Below, piece by piece: positions 52,138-64,000 of a DNA stretch of 64,000 bases. Each line of letters opens with the position of its first letter. Positions within the stretch are counted from its first letter, which is position 1. The stretch is taken from positions 60,333,894 through 60,397,893 of the forward strand of contig NC_068993.1 in NCBI RefSeq assembly GCF_001194135.2, in the 5' to 3' direction. The translations under genes were made by a program, and so were the position numbers. Source of the DNA: Octopus bimaculoides. Its lineage: Eukaryota. The notes under the pieces are model-generated. The model was not told the origin of the DNA, did no database searches, and saw only the letters and a list, made by a program, of their open reading frames with translations.

Positions 52138-54564
52138 ATGTTCATAATGTTTTTAACAGTTCTCTAATTAACAGATAAACATATTATTCTTTTGTGAATG
52201 AGCATAAAATCAGACATTTCATAATTGGAATTGACAGTTTGGTTGCAGGTTCTTTGACAAGTTGATTCTTTGTTTTACAAGTTGATGGTTTGGTTGAGGA
52301 TTTGGTTTGTCAGGTTAACGATTTCATTAAGGGCCTAGATAGCTTGGTTGAGGGGTTTAATTGGAAGATTATTTGATGGTTTGATAGCTGGATGATAGAT
52401 TAGTTGATGGGTTGATCATTAGAGAGAAATTCTAACGATTTGGCTGCAGACTTGATGGCTAAGCTCGAAGTTTGGTGGTTCAGTTAAAAGATTGATGGTT
52501 TGATTGAGAGGCTGGTGGTTTTTGTAGACGGGTTAAAGGATTGGCTGATAGGTCGATGGTGTGTGTCGGATAATGGCTGGCAATGTCTGCCAATAGCATC
52601 TCTCTTACACAATGTGAATAATAATAGTTTCCAAAAGTGGTGAGCAGTGTAAAGAAGCACTGATTTCTAATTGTGGAGGAAACCTTTGGAAGAGGCTGAC
52701 CCAGGAAGACATGGGACGAACTGGTGGAGCATGATTTGCGGATGCTGAGTCTTCCAGAGGCAATGGTAACTGATCGAGATCTTTGGTAGTTTGCTGCGCT
52801 TGAGAAGATACATCCCATCAAGTGAAACAGTAGTCGTGGCCAATGCCATTGTCACATAAAAGGCACCGACCACACTCTTGGAATGGTTGGGGTTAGCAAA
52901 CCAAGCCAAACCAGACTGTAATGTATGTATGTATGTGCATATGTGTGTGTATGTATGTGTGTATGTATGGATACATACTCACACCAACATCACCAACCAC
53001 ATCAATCAAACTTTATACCACAAGGTACCTCTTCCCCTCCTAGCACCAACATACCATGTTACTACCAGTGACACCATCCCCACCTCACATGCTATCCATG
53101 ACCACCACCACCACCACCACCACCACATCTCTGTAGCTAACTACACTTTTCTTTTGATCTCCGTAGTGATTATGGTGATTGTGCTGAAAGGCACTTTAAA
53201 ATTTTAATAATAATATCCAGAGCTTTGATCATAATATGAGGATAACACTTAATCCATTTTAAGTAAAGAGATTGGGACCGGCAATTTTGATAACAATAAC
53301 AGGTTAATGAAATTATAAGCAGCTTCTAGTTCACACCCACACACACACACACACACACACACAGATTCATGGGATGTTTGCAAGAGTAATTATCAAAAAT
53401 ACAAAATGAATGTTAGAAGAAAATATGTAAACTTGGTTAAAATTGGGTACAGAAAAATTTTACCACAAGGTAAAATAAATATCTGAGATTCTTTGCCCAA
53501 TACACAAAGAGTAGAAGCTACTTGCAGGATGTTTTGCAAATCCATTCCAATGTTGATCAGCAGGGATCTCAGGGTCACAAGCATTTCACCCCTTACCCTG
53601 TACACTTTGCCTGAGTCGAGCAACAAGGACTGAATTAGTCTTTCCCTACAGAAGAGTTCCATTTATTGTCTCTGATCAACCACAGCCAACTTTACCTGGC
53701 TTCAGCTGTTGTGCTTATATCCTTGGTGGCTTCCAGATCAATCTTCTGCAGGAATTGCATAACAATTTCATAAAACTAAAATAAATCTTTATGTTCTAGG
53801 GCAAGACATTAGAGATTGATAGTGGGGTAAAATAGAATGGAAATAAACTATGATTAAAGTGTGTCTAATGATTAAATATAATTAAGAGCTGTAGAAATAT
53901 TGTTATTAACAAGAGAGGTAAGCAAAGGAGATAACACCTTATTACATGGATTTAACAGTTTAAGTTGCGATGTTAAATTTTAAGTTTTGAAGTGAAATAT
54001 TAAAACAAATATTTTCAGTTTTTGTTGCTATATTTTATTTTTTTTTAGCTGTTCTTCATTCATTTAATTAAAGTTATGGCTTTTAATAACTATTAGATCT
54101 TTCCAAATATGGCTGCCTTGCTGATTGCAACATTATGACAACTCATTCAAAGATGAGAAAATTAACTCAAATACAGATTTCACTATAAAATAAAATGACA
54201 GAAAAACTTAATTTTTTCATTTCATTTCCCCTAAAAAAATAAATGTGGAATTTTGTAATATTTGATAGTGGTTGTTCTCCATGAACACATATTTCATAAC
54301 AAACCCAATTCATCTATAAATGACAGTTTAACCCTTTAGCATTTGAACCAGCAATATGAGGCCCAAATATTCCAGTGGTTGGGCAATATGAGGCCCAAAT
54401 ATTCTAGTGGTTTCAATTCCCAGACTAGTAACACATTTTGTTCTTGATCAAAACACTTCATTTCATGTTGCCGCAGTCCACTCAGCTGTAAATGTCTAAC
54501 CCTGCGATGGAATAGCTTTACAATCAGGGGAAATGTTGGCCTGCTTGCCAAGCCAGTAGGATGG

Positions 54565-55066
54565 CACTTTGAACTTTTAAACCCAAACCAAACGATAACA
54601 AAGAAGATCTACTGTGAGCAGCTTAAGTCAGCACTAGGAGAAAAATGACCATCTTTGGTTTCAAGACGAAAGGTGTTCTTCCATCAGGATAACGCTCGGC
54701 CACATACAGTGAGGATGACATTCCAAAGGCTGGAGCAGTTTGAATGGGAAATGATGCTCCACCCACCATATTTGCTGGTCATTGCCCCATCTGATTATCA
54801 TTTATTCCACAGTCTTCAAAATCATTTGGACGGAAAAAATAGGAATTCTGTAGACAAGGTGAGAACATTACTGGAGGAGTATTTTTCATCACAGACAATA
54901 GAACTTTGGAAGAGGGACCTTGCAAGTCTACCAGATAAGATGGAAGAGCAATGTAGAAAATGAAGGAGAGTATATCTTAGATTAGAAAAGAACTTTGCTT
55001 ATCTGAATTTTGAAAAATAAAAGAAGTATTTAAAAAAAAACGTATTATTTATGGGATGACCCAATA
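54565..55066 (+). mobile_element. Mariner transposon, 3' fragment (transposase C-terminus plus 3' TIR)
   Basis: ORF 54655-54963 has FHQDNARPH and HPPY..IAPSDYHLFHSLQNHL (mariner HDNARPH / YSPDLAPSDYHLF motifs); ends ..tattatttatgggatgacccaata followed by TA. Confidence 0.9.
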
Positions 55067-56107
55067 TACATGGCTTCACAACCTCAAGGTCTCAGGCTCA
55101 GTCCTGTTGTGTGGTACCCTGGGGCACATGTTTGTAACTATAGCCTGGGGCCAACTAAAGCCTTGTCAATGGATTCGGTAAACAGAAACTAAAGGAAGCC
55201 TGACATGTATATACATGCACAAACACACGTTGCGTGTGCATGCTTGTGTCTCTTTCTCTTGAGACTCTACAATAGCCATATATAGTCATAAACGAGGTCA
55301 TTCATTTCCGGTCTTCTAAAAGAAACATGTCTGGCCACCAGGAATATTACCTTGCTTGGAAAGGGGCAAAAGGTTAGCTACAGAAAGGGCATCTGGCTGT
55401 TGAAAAACTATCTCAATCAACTCCACCTGACCCATGCCAGCATGAGAATGTGGAAGTTAAAACAACAATAATGTTGATGCAATATACACCTTTCCTTTAA
55501 CTCCCCCCCCCCGCCTCCAACTCTTCATTGGCATACCTGTCTACCATTCCGCCATTGATTTCTTAGAACTTCCATCCACATCTCATTCTCGCCACTATCA
55601 CCAAGTCTGATCTACTTTCCTCCTTCAACAAATCTCCTTCGTAACGCTCTGCCTTCACGCTTTCCATTTCCATGCTTCCAGTTCTTCAACCATTCTCCTC
55701 TCAACTGCAGCACCCTTCCAAACCATGACATTCACTTAAATTTCGATGCCACATTAGTTAATAATCTTCCTACACAACTACATTCCAATGAACCCACCCA
55801 GCAAATATTGTACATTTAATGGAGATCACTCCACCACCACCACCTTCCTACACTCTCCATCAACTTCCCCCTCCTCCCCCTCCTCTGCATCTCACCACAT
55901 GCTTTACTACTTAACATCGATGCTAATGTCTTACCAATATTCATCTTCGTATCATTCATTTCCATACATTACTTCCACAAAGGACTGAAGGCTACAGGAA
56001 ATACATCAGTAGGAAGAGGAGGAGGAGGACATACTGCATTCCATTACACACACACGTTATGTATGTGTGTGTGTGCATGTGTGTGTGTGTGTGTGTGCAT
56101 ATACACA

Positions 56108-56502
56108 TTCTTTTATCTGTTTCAGTCGTTTGACTGTGGCCATGCCGGAGCACTGCTTTTAGTCGAGCAAATCGACCCCAGGACTTATTCTTTCTAAGCC
56201 TAGCACATGTTCTATCGGACCCTTTTGCTGAACTGCTAAGTTACAGGGTTGTAAACACACCAGCATCGGTTGTCAAGCAATGTTGGGGGGAAACAAACAC
56301 AGATACACAAACATATACACACACACACATATATATATATATATACATATATACAACAAGCTTCTTTCAGTTTCCGTCTACCAAATCCACTCATAAGGCT
56401 TTGGTCGATCTGAGGCAATAATAGAAGACACCTGCCCAAGGTGCCACACAGTGGGACTGAACCCAGAACCATGTGGTTGGTACACAGCCTCTCCTGTGCC
56501 TA
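56108..56502 (-). mobile_element. SINE family A, full-length
   Basis: Reverse complement collinear with 40613-40975. Confidence 0.85.
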
Positions 56503-57855
56503 TGTACATATATTGTAGATGAGTACATTCTAAGTTTGTCATTGTTAACCTTTTCCTAACCAAAGTTAATTAATATGTACTCTACAGAAAAGTGTTGAAT
56601 AATCCTTCAGTTTAATGTTAAATTACTACATATAACTTCACAAAAAAAACCCCATTATACACACACACACATACATGCATGCATGCACACACACATATGC
56701 ATACACACATATGCATACACACACACACTCACACACACACACACACACACTATAAAGTTTCACATATGTAATTTAATGAATTGAAGGAAAAAAAACCCTC
56801 AAAGACAAAGCTTCCTCTAGGGTATTTCAAAATTTAAAAATTCTCAGTAATTAACTTGAATAATATTAGTGAATACAAATAATGAGAAAGCATGAATATA
56901 TATATATATATACATATTAGAAGCTAAGCCCAGTTTCACCGTCAGTTTGGATGGTGTGGCTGTAAAACCTGCTCTGTGTAAGCATTCAACTTGTTTGGGC
57001 ACACTTACATTAAAAGACAATTTTAGAATGACATTTTTCTGTCAAAACGCTAAAAATAACTGACCAACAAACAAAAAACCAACCAAGATTCAACCAAATC
57101 AAAAAATAAACCTTAATACTAAGCAAACAATGATGAACCATCCCACTTCCATTGCATGTGCACATGCACACACACACACACACATGCACACACACGCACA
57201 CATTCACATACCCCCTTTTACATACACATATATTCACATAGAGTTGAAATGCTGTTTGATTTATTTTTTCAGCATACAATTTTCATCATCCTACTACCAA
57301 GCATGACATCACCCCTTCCTTCCTTATTCATCTATCACCCCTTCCTTTCTCATTCATAAACTCAAGAGTAAAAATTGTATGTTGTATTCCTCCTGCTTTG
57401 TTCTATTTTGACTCTGGACACCACAGAACCAGTAAATACTATTAAGCACAGTTGTAACCACACCACTTAACTGCAAACAGAATGGATGAGGATTATCTAT
57501 GTGGAGCTCCAAAACTCCACAGCAGCACTTACACAGCTCACCGTACACACAAGGTATATACACAGACACACACACACACACACGTATATACACAACATGT
57601 ATAACATACACAGTGACTGTACTGAATGAACAAAAGCCAATACGTTGCAACAGAAATGGTCAGTGGTATTGATGTCCAGTAGAAAGATTTCTCCTTACAC
57701 AAATGTCCATTTTATATTTCATATTTTATGAGATCAATGAAATAAATAGTATTGGAGAAAATACAGGCCTCGATATCTTTGATTAAAATATCCTTTGAAG
57801 GTTGTGGCCATGTTGTGCCATGTTCTGATGAATAACTAAAGGAAAATTAGTTTAC

Positions 57856-57936
57856 CTGTCCAAACTGTAGTTGACCGGCCATGTCTCCAAACCACTGAAA
57901 ATCCAAAAGCTGCACCTGGACTTTTAGGAGCGGTAC
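57856..57936 (-). CDS. Avidin-family gene, exon A (domain 1 middle)
   Basis: tattctgtttacAG|GT ACC...ACA G|GTAAAC, 81 nt; GTAPKSPGAAFGFSVVWRHGRSTTVWT, joining GQC of exon B; matches avidin PTFGFTVNW..STTVFTGQC. Confidence 0.9.
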
Positions 57937-58051
57937 CTGTAAACAGAATAAAAAAAAAACATAATTGGTTAGTGTCCTACTAAACATATATTGTAACTAA
58001 ATGTAAAATAGAATTGTCAAGATTGGTACATAGCTTCACCACAAAGAAAAT

Positions 58052-58084
<33 letters not shown>

Positions 58085-58100
58085 TGATTTTATATATATT

Positions 58101-58141
<41 letters not shown>

Positions 58142-58513
58142 NNNNNNNNNNNNNNNNNNNNNNNNNNNNNNNNNNNNNNNNNNNNNNNNNNNNNNNNNNN
58201 NNNNNNNNNNNNNNNNNNNNNNNNNNNNNNNNNNNNNNNNNNNNNNNNNNNNNNNNNNNNNNNNNNNNNNNNNNNNNNNNNNNNNNNNNNNNNNNNNNNN
58301 NNNNNNNNNNNNNNNNNNNNNNNNNNNNNNNNNNNNNNNNNNNNNNNNNNNNNNNNNNNNNNNNNNNNNNNNNNNNNNNNNNNNNNNNNNNNNNNNNNNN
58401 NNNNNNNNNNNNNNNNNNNNNNNNNNNNNNNNNNNNNNNNNNNNNNNNNNNNNNNNNNNNNNNNNNNNNNNNNNNNNNNNNNNNNNNNNNNNNNNNNNNN
58501 NNNNNNNNNNNNN

Positions 58514-58745
58514 GGCACATAAAAGACACCATTTCGAGCGTGGCCGTTTTCGTGCGGGTGACACGTAAAAGCACCCACTACACTCTCTGAGTGGTTGGCG
58601 TTAGGAAGGGCATCCAGCTGTAGAAACTCTGCCAAATCAGACTGGAGCCTGGTGTTGCCATCCGGTTTCACCAGTCCTCAGTCAAATCGTCCAACCCATG
58701 CTAGCATGGAAAGCGGACGTTAAACGATGATGATGATGATGATGA
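58514..58745 (+). mobile_element. SINE family C copy
   Basis: Same sequence as 51459-51712, ends in (GAT)n. Confidence 0.85.
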
Positions 58746-60367
58746 TATATTTTCAAATTTAGTTTAGCCCAGCTCCACATGACTTAACATTTTATGGATG
58801 TCTGAGGCATGGCCATCACATCGGATGGGGTGGGTGTAGTTAGGAACATCCATTAAGATGGACAGGTCTCACACGGCCATGAAACTTCAAATCATGTAGA
58901 GCTGAGTCAAATTGTGTGTGTGTGTGTGTGTGTGTGTGTGGTTTGTGTTTCTGTGTATGAAAAGAGCAAAACAGCCAAGGCAGGTAGACAGAGAAGAAGA
59001 GAGGTACATATTATATATTGCTTAATGCATTCTATAAGAGAAGGAAAGAAAAAATGAAAAACAGAGATGAGAGAAAGAGATTAATTAGAGAAAGAAAACG
59101 AAGAAGTGTGGAGAGAAGGAATTGGGAGAAGAAAAGAAAGAGAAAAGAAGGATTAAAACGAACAAGAAAAAACAGAAATGAACTTTTAATATTAATCCTC
59201 CATTCCTTCTGCGAGTAAAGAATCAAAAGAATTATAAATAATGGGATTTGAGGAATGGTTTTGTTTTGTTTTGGGTTTTTTTTTACTTGACAATGGCAAC
59301 AGGGAAAAGAGAAGAATGGAATCTAGCAGGAAGTTTTGATTGAAATCGGAAGAAACTTTTCTTGCATTTCAACAGCTATAAAGATTCTTGTTTCCAGCCT
59401 TACACTCTCTCTCCACAATCACCATTAACAAACACACCATAACCTCAATCAATGATGATCTTAGTATATTCTGGAGCCATTTTAAGACAAATCCCAACGA
59501 CAAATACAAGATAGCGCCCTTTACACCCTCATAAGTTGCTGGCAGCCACAGACCACAGACACAATGGAATAGAAATACTTGAAATGAAAATGAAAAGAAA
59601 AACCTCCTGGATATGCTGGAGACCTTGATTGTTACTGCAGCAAAATCTAATTCAACAGAAATCCTACCATTACATGTAGAATCCCTTGCAAACACCTAGA
59701 CACGTCTACAACAGTCCATATAACCACCGCTGGTCACTATATGGTCACTTAAGTTGGTCCAACACACAGGCACCCAATTACTTCTATATGTACCTGAACA
59801 AGTATGAAGACCCACACACACACAAACATCAGAAGTAGCAGTAATATTATTACCACACGAGGCTAGGATTTTTTTTTCTTTTCAGTATAATCAGGAAGGG
59901 AAGGGTAACACCTATGATCCATGATGAAAATATCTTTTCAGAGCCTTCAAGACTTGCAGGAAGAAAGGAACAATTTATTCTTTACTTAACCAATTTCTTT
60001 ATAAAAAGTGTACCAGGTGCATCTGTCATAGCACCAACCCTGGTGGGGTCACCAAGTAACTGACAAGGCAAGGACTCTTCACAATGTGGGGAGATGCAAT
60101 ATTGAGGGAGGTGGCACTGTGCCAGGTGTAGAGAGGCAACAGTAGGAAAGAAGGACAGATGTCTCATTGCAGAAGAGGTACATGGGTACCCCATCAGGAA
60201 AGAGAGAAAGGATGATGAAGAGGTACCCTCAAAGTACAAGAGGGTGGATAAAAAGAACAGGAGCAGAGAAGTGGGGAAGGCTGAGAGAGTGTGTTGGGGA
60301 TAAGGTGAAACATGGGTCAGACAGATGCATGGTGACAGAGATAAAGATCACAATATCTATATTTATA

Positions 60368-60476
60368 CAGACTGGAGCCTGGTGTTGCCATCCGGTTTCA
60401 CCAGTCCTCAGTCAAATCGTCCAACCCATGCTAGCATGGAAAGCGGACGTTAAACGATGATGATGATGATGATGAT
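60368..60476 (+). mobile_element. 5'-truncated SINE family C with ATACAG target-site duplication
   Basis: By eye identical to 58640-58745; atacag at 60365-60370 and 60475-60480. Confidence 0.8.
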
Positions 60477-61119
60477 ACAGCTGTTGCCAAAAGTTTGGAA
60501 CACAGGTCTGAAAATTAGAACTTTTAGATTAAATGCCCAAACATATAAAAAAAAAAATATGAATGACCATGGGATCGTACTTAGAAAATTCCCCTCCAAA
60601 GCACAAGGTTGTTTATGGAAGATCAGCAGTCACCCATGCATACCAGCCTCCCTTCTCCATGCCACCAATGTTATCCAAGGGAATGGCAAAAGGGCTGATA
60701 CAGCTTGGCACCAGTGACTTCGCAACCCATTTCTACATCTGTGTGGACTGGAGTAAAGTGAAATAAAGAGTCTTGCTTAAGAACACAACACACAGCCCAG
60801 TCTAGGAATTGAACTCACTACCTCATGGTTGTGAGCCCAATGCTCTAACCACTGAGCCGTTCCAAACTTTTGTCCCCAACTGCAGTTACCATCCACCACC
60901 ATCACAACTAGTCAATAAAATGACAACTCAACCTGCAAGAAATAGCAGTCAAATCTCTCTTAAACCATACCCTACTGTCTTAGAAAAACACACATTGGAT
61001 AATGTGGTTCCCTGCACCTAGGAAAAAGACAAGGTGGTCATGTCTAGAATGGCTCTGATCATAGGTCTACTCAATTAGAACTAACCCGGAACTCAACAAT
61101 AGCAACAGAAATCCCTAAT

Positions 61120-61490
61120 TAATGATTCAAATTCAGAACAATAACAATCAACAACAACATCATAATCAGCATCACCATCAACATAACCACCACCACCACC
61201 ACCACCACCCTCACCATAACCATGATCAGTGCACCCAGCACCAAAACCACTGCTACAACAACAAACACAATTACTATAAGACCTGCAACTACTACCCCCA
61301 CCACAGTTACAACTACCACAGTAACCACAACCGTTTGCCATAACAAGACCCACTGTCACTACTACCATAACAATCACTACCACCACATGAACTACTACCA
61401 CTACTACTACTACCAATACCACTACCTGTAGTACCAGCATCATACTTATAAAAAAAACTGCTACCATCCCTCCAACTACAACCATTATAA
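61120..61490. repeat. CAC/AAC/ACT trinucleotide low-complexity tract
   Basis: Direct inspection; gives poly-H/T/V ORFs. Confidence 0.85.
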
Positions 61491-61734
61491 TCCTATACCA
61501 AATCTGGAAACTTGTGGTTAATTAATCTAATTCCACATTGAAAAGACAATTAACCAGATAGGATTAAGGTTTCTGCTAATCCTGACAACAACAACAACAA
61601 CAACAGCAATAACAAGAACAAGTACAATCACAGGAACAGCAACAGTAAAATAATAATAGTTATAACGAAAGTAAACACAACAACAACAACAGCAGCAGCA
61701 GCAGTAGCAGCAGCAGGCTCAATAGTGATTCTTT

Positions 61735-62312
61735 CTTCGATAGGTACAAGGCTTGAAATTTTGGTAGTGGGGTAAGTTGTTTACATTGACCCCAGTGCAT
61801 AACTGGTACTTATTTTATCAATCCCGAAAGGATGAGAGGCAAAGTTGACCTCAGCAGAATAATAATAACAATAATAATAATAATAACAGGAATTTTGTGT
61901 GGCACAATAAAGATTCTGCCAGCTCCACTGCCTAAACAACAATAATAATAATCCATTCTACTCTAATCACAAGGCCTGAAATTTTGGGGGAGCGGTGGGG
62001 GAGGGGAAAAATCAATTATATCGACCTCAGTGCATAACTGGTACTTATTTCATCGACCCTGAGAGGATGAAAGGCAAAGTCGACTTCAACAGACTTTGAA
62101 CTCAGAACAGACGAAATGCCGCTAAGCATTTTGCCGTTACATTCTGAGTTCAAATTCCGCCAAGGTTGACTTTGCTGTTCATCCTTTTGGGGTTGATTAA
62201 ATAAGTACCAGTTATGCACTGGGGTCGATGTAATCGAATTAATCCCTTTGTCTGTCCTTGTTTGTCCCCTCTATGTTTAGCCCTCTGTGGGCAATAAAGA
62301 AATAAATACCTT
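61735..62312. mobile_element. Cluster of SINE family B copies in both orientations
   Basis: Minus copies at about 61735-61860 and 61965-62135; plus copy at about 62130-62312 ending tgggcaataaagaaataa. Confidence 0.75.
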
Positions 62313-63244
62313 AACAAGAACAACAACACAGCAATAATGGTAATTTCTTTTATAATCATGTGACCAGAAATATGAGGGAGTGTGGACAGTTGATACTAGA
62401 CTGGTACTTTATTATACTTTATTCTAATGACCCCCACACCAAAAAAAAAGGGTAAAAGACCAAATTGATCTTGGCAGGATTTGAACTCGGTACGTGAAGA
62501 ACCAGAAGAAATAACAGCACCAACAACAGAAATAGCAGCAACACACCACCATCACAAAGAACAAGAGTCACAGAACTACAACAACAACAACATTGACAGC
62601 ATGTTACAACAACAACAACAGCAACAACAAGCAGAGACAGCAACCACAAGAACACTGTCATTAGCAAGATTAACAATCTTAACAGCACAAAAACCACAAC
62701 AGCAACAACAACAACAATTAAGACTATCACCACCACCACCACCGATACCATAATCAATAACAGCAACAACAAGAGGGAACATTCTATGGAGATTAAGGGT
62801 AAAAAGCCACGGATTATCTTCAGTTTCAGTTCTGCTATACCCCTCCACTTCTCCTTCACCCACTCACCTCCCTCTACTTACTACTAAAACTGCTACTACT
62901 ACTACTACTAACATTACAATTGTTGTTGTTACTACTACTACTACTACTACTGCTGCTGCTACTATTGTTTCAATTGCAACAACATCTGTTGAAGTCATCG
63001 GCTGCACCTTGTGCACTTTTCAACAAAGTGAATGGCTTCTGCGAGTGTTCAGTGGTAATTAGATGGTGAGAGGTAAAGCAGACCCCATGGTGAAGCAGGG
63101 CTGCATAGGTTCAGTTTGTGACACTGGCAATAGCTATGGGTGTTGTTGTTTGACACCCCATCAAGTTAGCTTCTTAGAGAGTATACTTATCATCAAAGAC
63201 ATTCCATCCAACCATGGCCACTCCACCTTTTTGTATATTAAATA

Positions 63245-63560
63245 GATGCAGGTATAGCTGTGTGGTTAAGAAGCTGGCTTCTCAAACGATGTGGTCCAGG
63301 GTTCAGGCCCACTGCATGGCACCTTGGGAAAGTGTCTTGTACTATAGCCCTGATTCAACCAAAGCCTTGAGAATGGATTTGGATTTGGTAGACAGAGTGG
63401 TTGGCGTTAGGAAGGGCATCCAGCTGTAGAAACTCTGCCATATCAGATTGGAGCCTGGTGTAGCCATCCGGTTCACCAGTCCTCAGTCAAATCGTCCAAC
63501 CGATGCTAGCATGGAAAGCGGACATTAAACAATGATGATGATGATGATGATGATGATGAT
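63245..63560 (+). mobile_element. Chimeric SINE: family A head joined to family C tail
   Basis: gatgcaggtatagctgtgtggttaag..ggatttggtagac continues directly into agagtggttggcgttaggaagggcatcc..(GAT)n. Confidence 0.7.
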
Positions 63561-64000
63561 AAAATCAATCTTGGCAAAATTTGAACTCAGAACATTAAGA
63601 TGGAGGAAAATGTTGTTAAGAATTTTACCTGTGTGCTACCGATTCTGCCAGCTTGCTACCTTAAGTCCATCCAAGTGTTGAAGACAGACATCCAAAGTTA
63701 ATTGTATTTATTGTATGATTTGACAATAGAGGCCCACCTAGCATGGCTGTGATGTCTATCCTGACGTGTGTCAGAGCATAACTTAGTGATTTTAATGTCA
63801 TTTTCCGTTCAGTTCTTATTCGGAATTTCCTAATTTGCGATTAGTGCTTGTTAAAGCTGAAATAGTGATTAAATATATCCCATCCCCACCACCCTCCACA
63901 CCTTGTATTATTAAGAGGCTTTCATTAGCTTTCTTGATCCATACTTAAATGACAAGACTTCAAATAAACTACAAGATTTCAGTGCATATGTGTGTGTGTG

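Noticed and set aside
53393-53790. Exon-like minus-strand segments FYEIVMQFLQKIDLEATK.. / ERLIQSLLLDSGKVYR
   Set aside because: No recognisable homology, needs an intron of about 50 nt, and lies inside the avidin intron; possibly a decayed TE.
61093-62863. Poly-Q/H/T/V ORFs
   Set aside because: CAA/CAC/CAG simple repeats.
57937-64000. Search for upstream avidin exons (signal peptide, CxLxGxWxNxLGS, GxYxTAV)
   Set aside because: No convincing match with splice sites; weak look-alikes at about 59400, 59790 and 63000 have stops or no splice support. The exons are probably beyond the window or in the 58142-58513 gap.

Overview
AT-rich, microsatellite-laden eukaryotic DNA with large N gaps (about 1036-1406, 2414-2877, 7911-8338, 34766-35598, 42748-43607, 47107-47328, 48236-48537, 58142-58513). 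The repeat content (tRNA-headed SINEs, GAT/AAT tails) resembles what I recall from Octopus; that is an inference. Almost all supplied ORFs are microsatellite or gap artefacts. The main content, found by manual translation and splice-site reading, is a minus-strand gene with six in-frame GT-AG exons (57936-57856, 46305-46121, 45666-45606, 42178-42083, 38888-38739, 36821-36675; 720 nt, 240 codons). They splice into two avidin-family domains joined by a Pro/Ser/Lys-rich linker. I did not find the 5' end in the window and the 3' end is unresolved. Also present: the 5' half of a 5S rRNA gene next to a gap, a tRNA-headed SINE carrying a minimal hammerhead ribozyme motif with a Penelope-like inverted end, mariner and CR1-like fragments, several MITEs, many SINEs, two intronic minisatellites and a tentative second secreted-protein exon chain.
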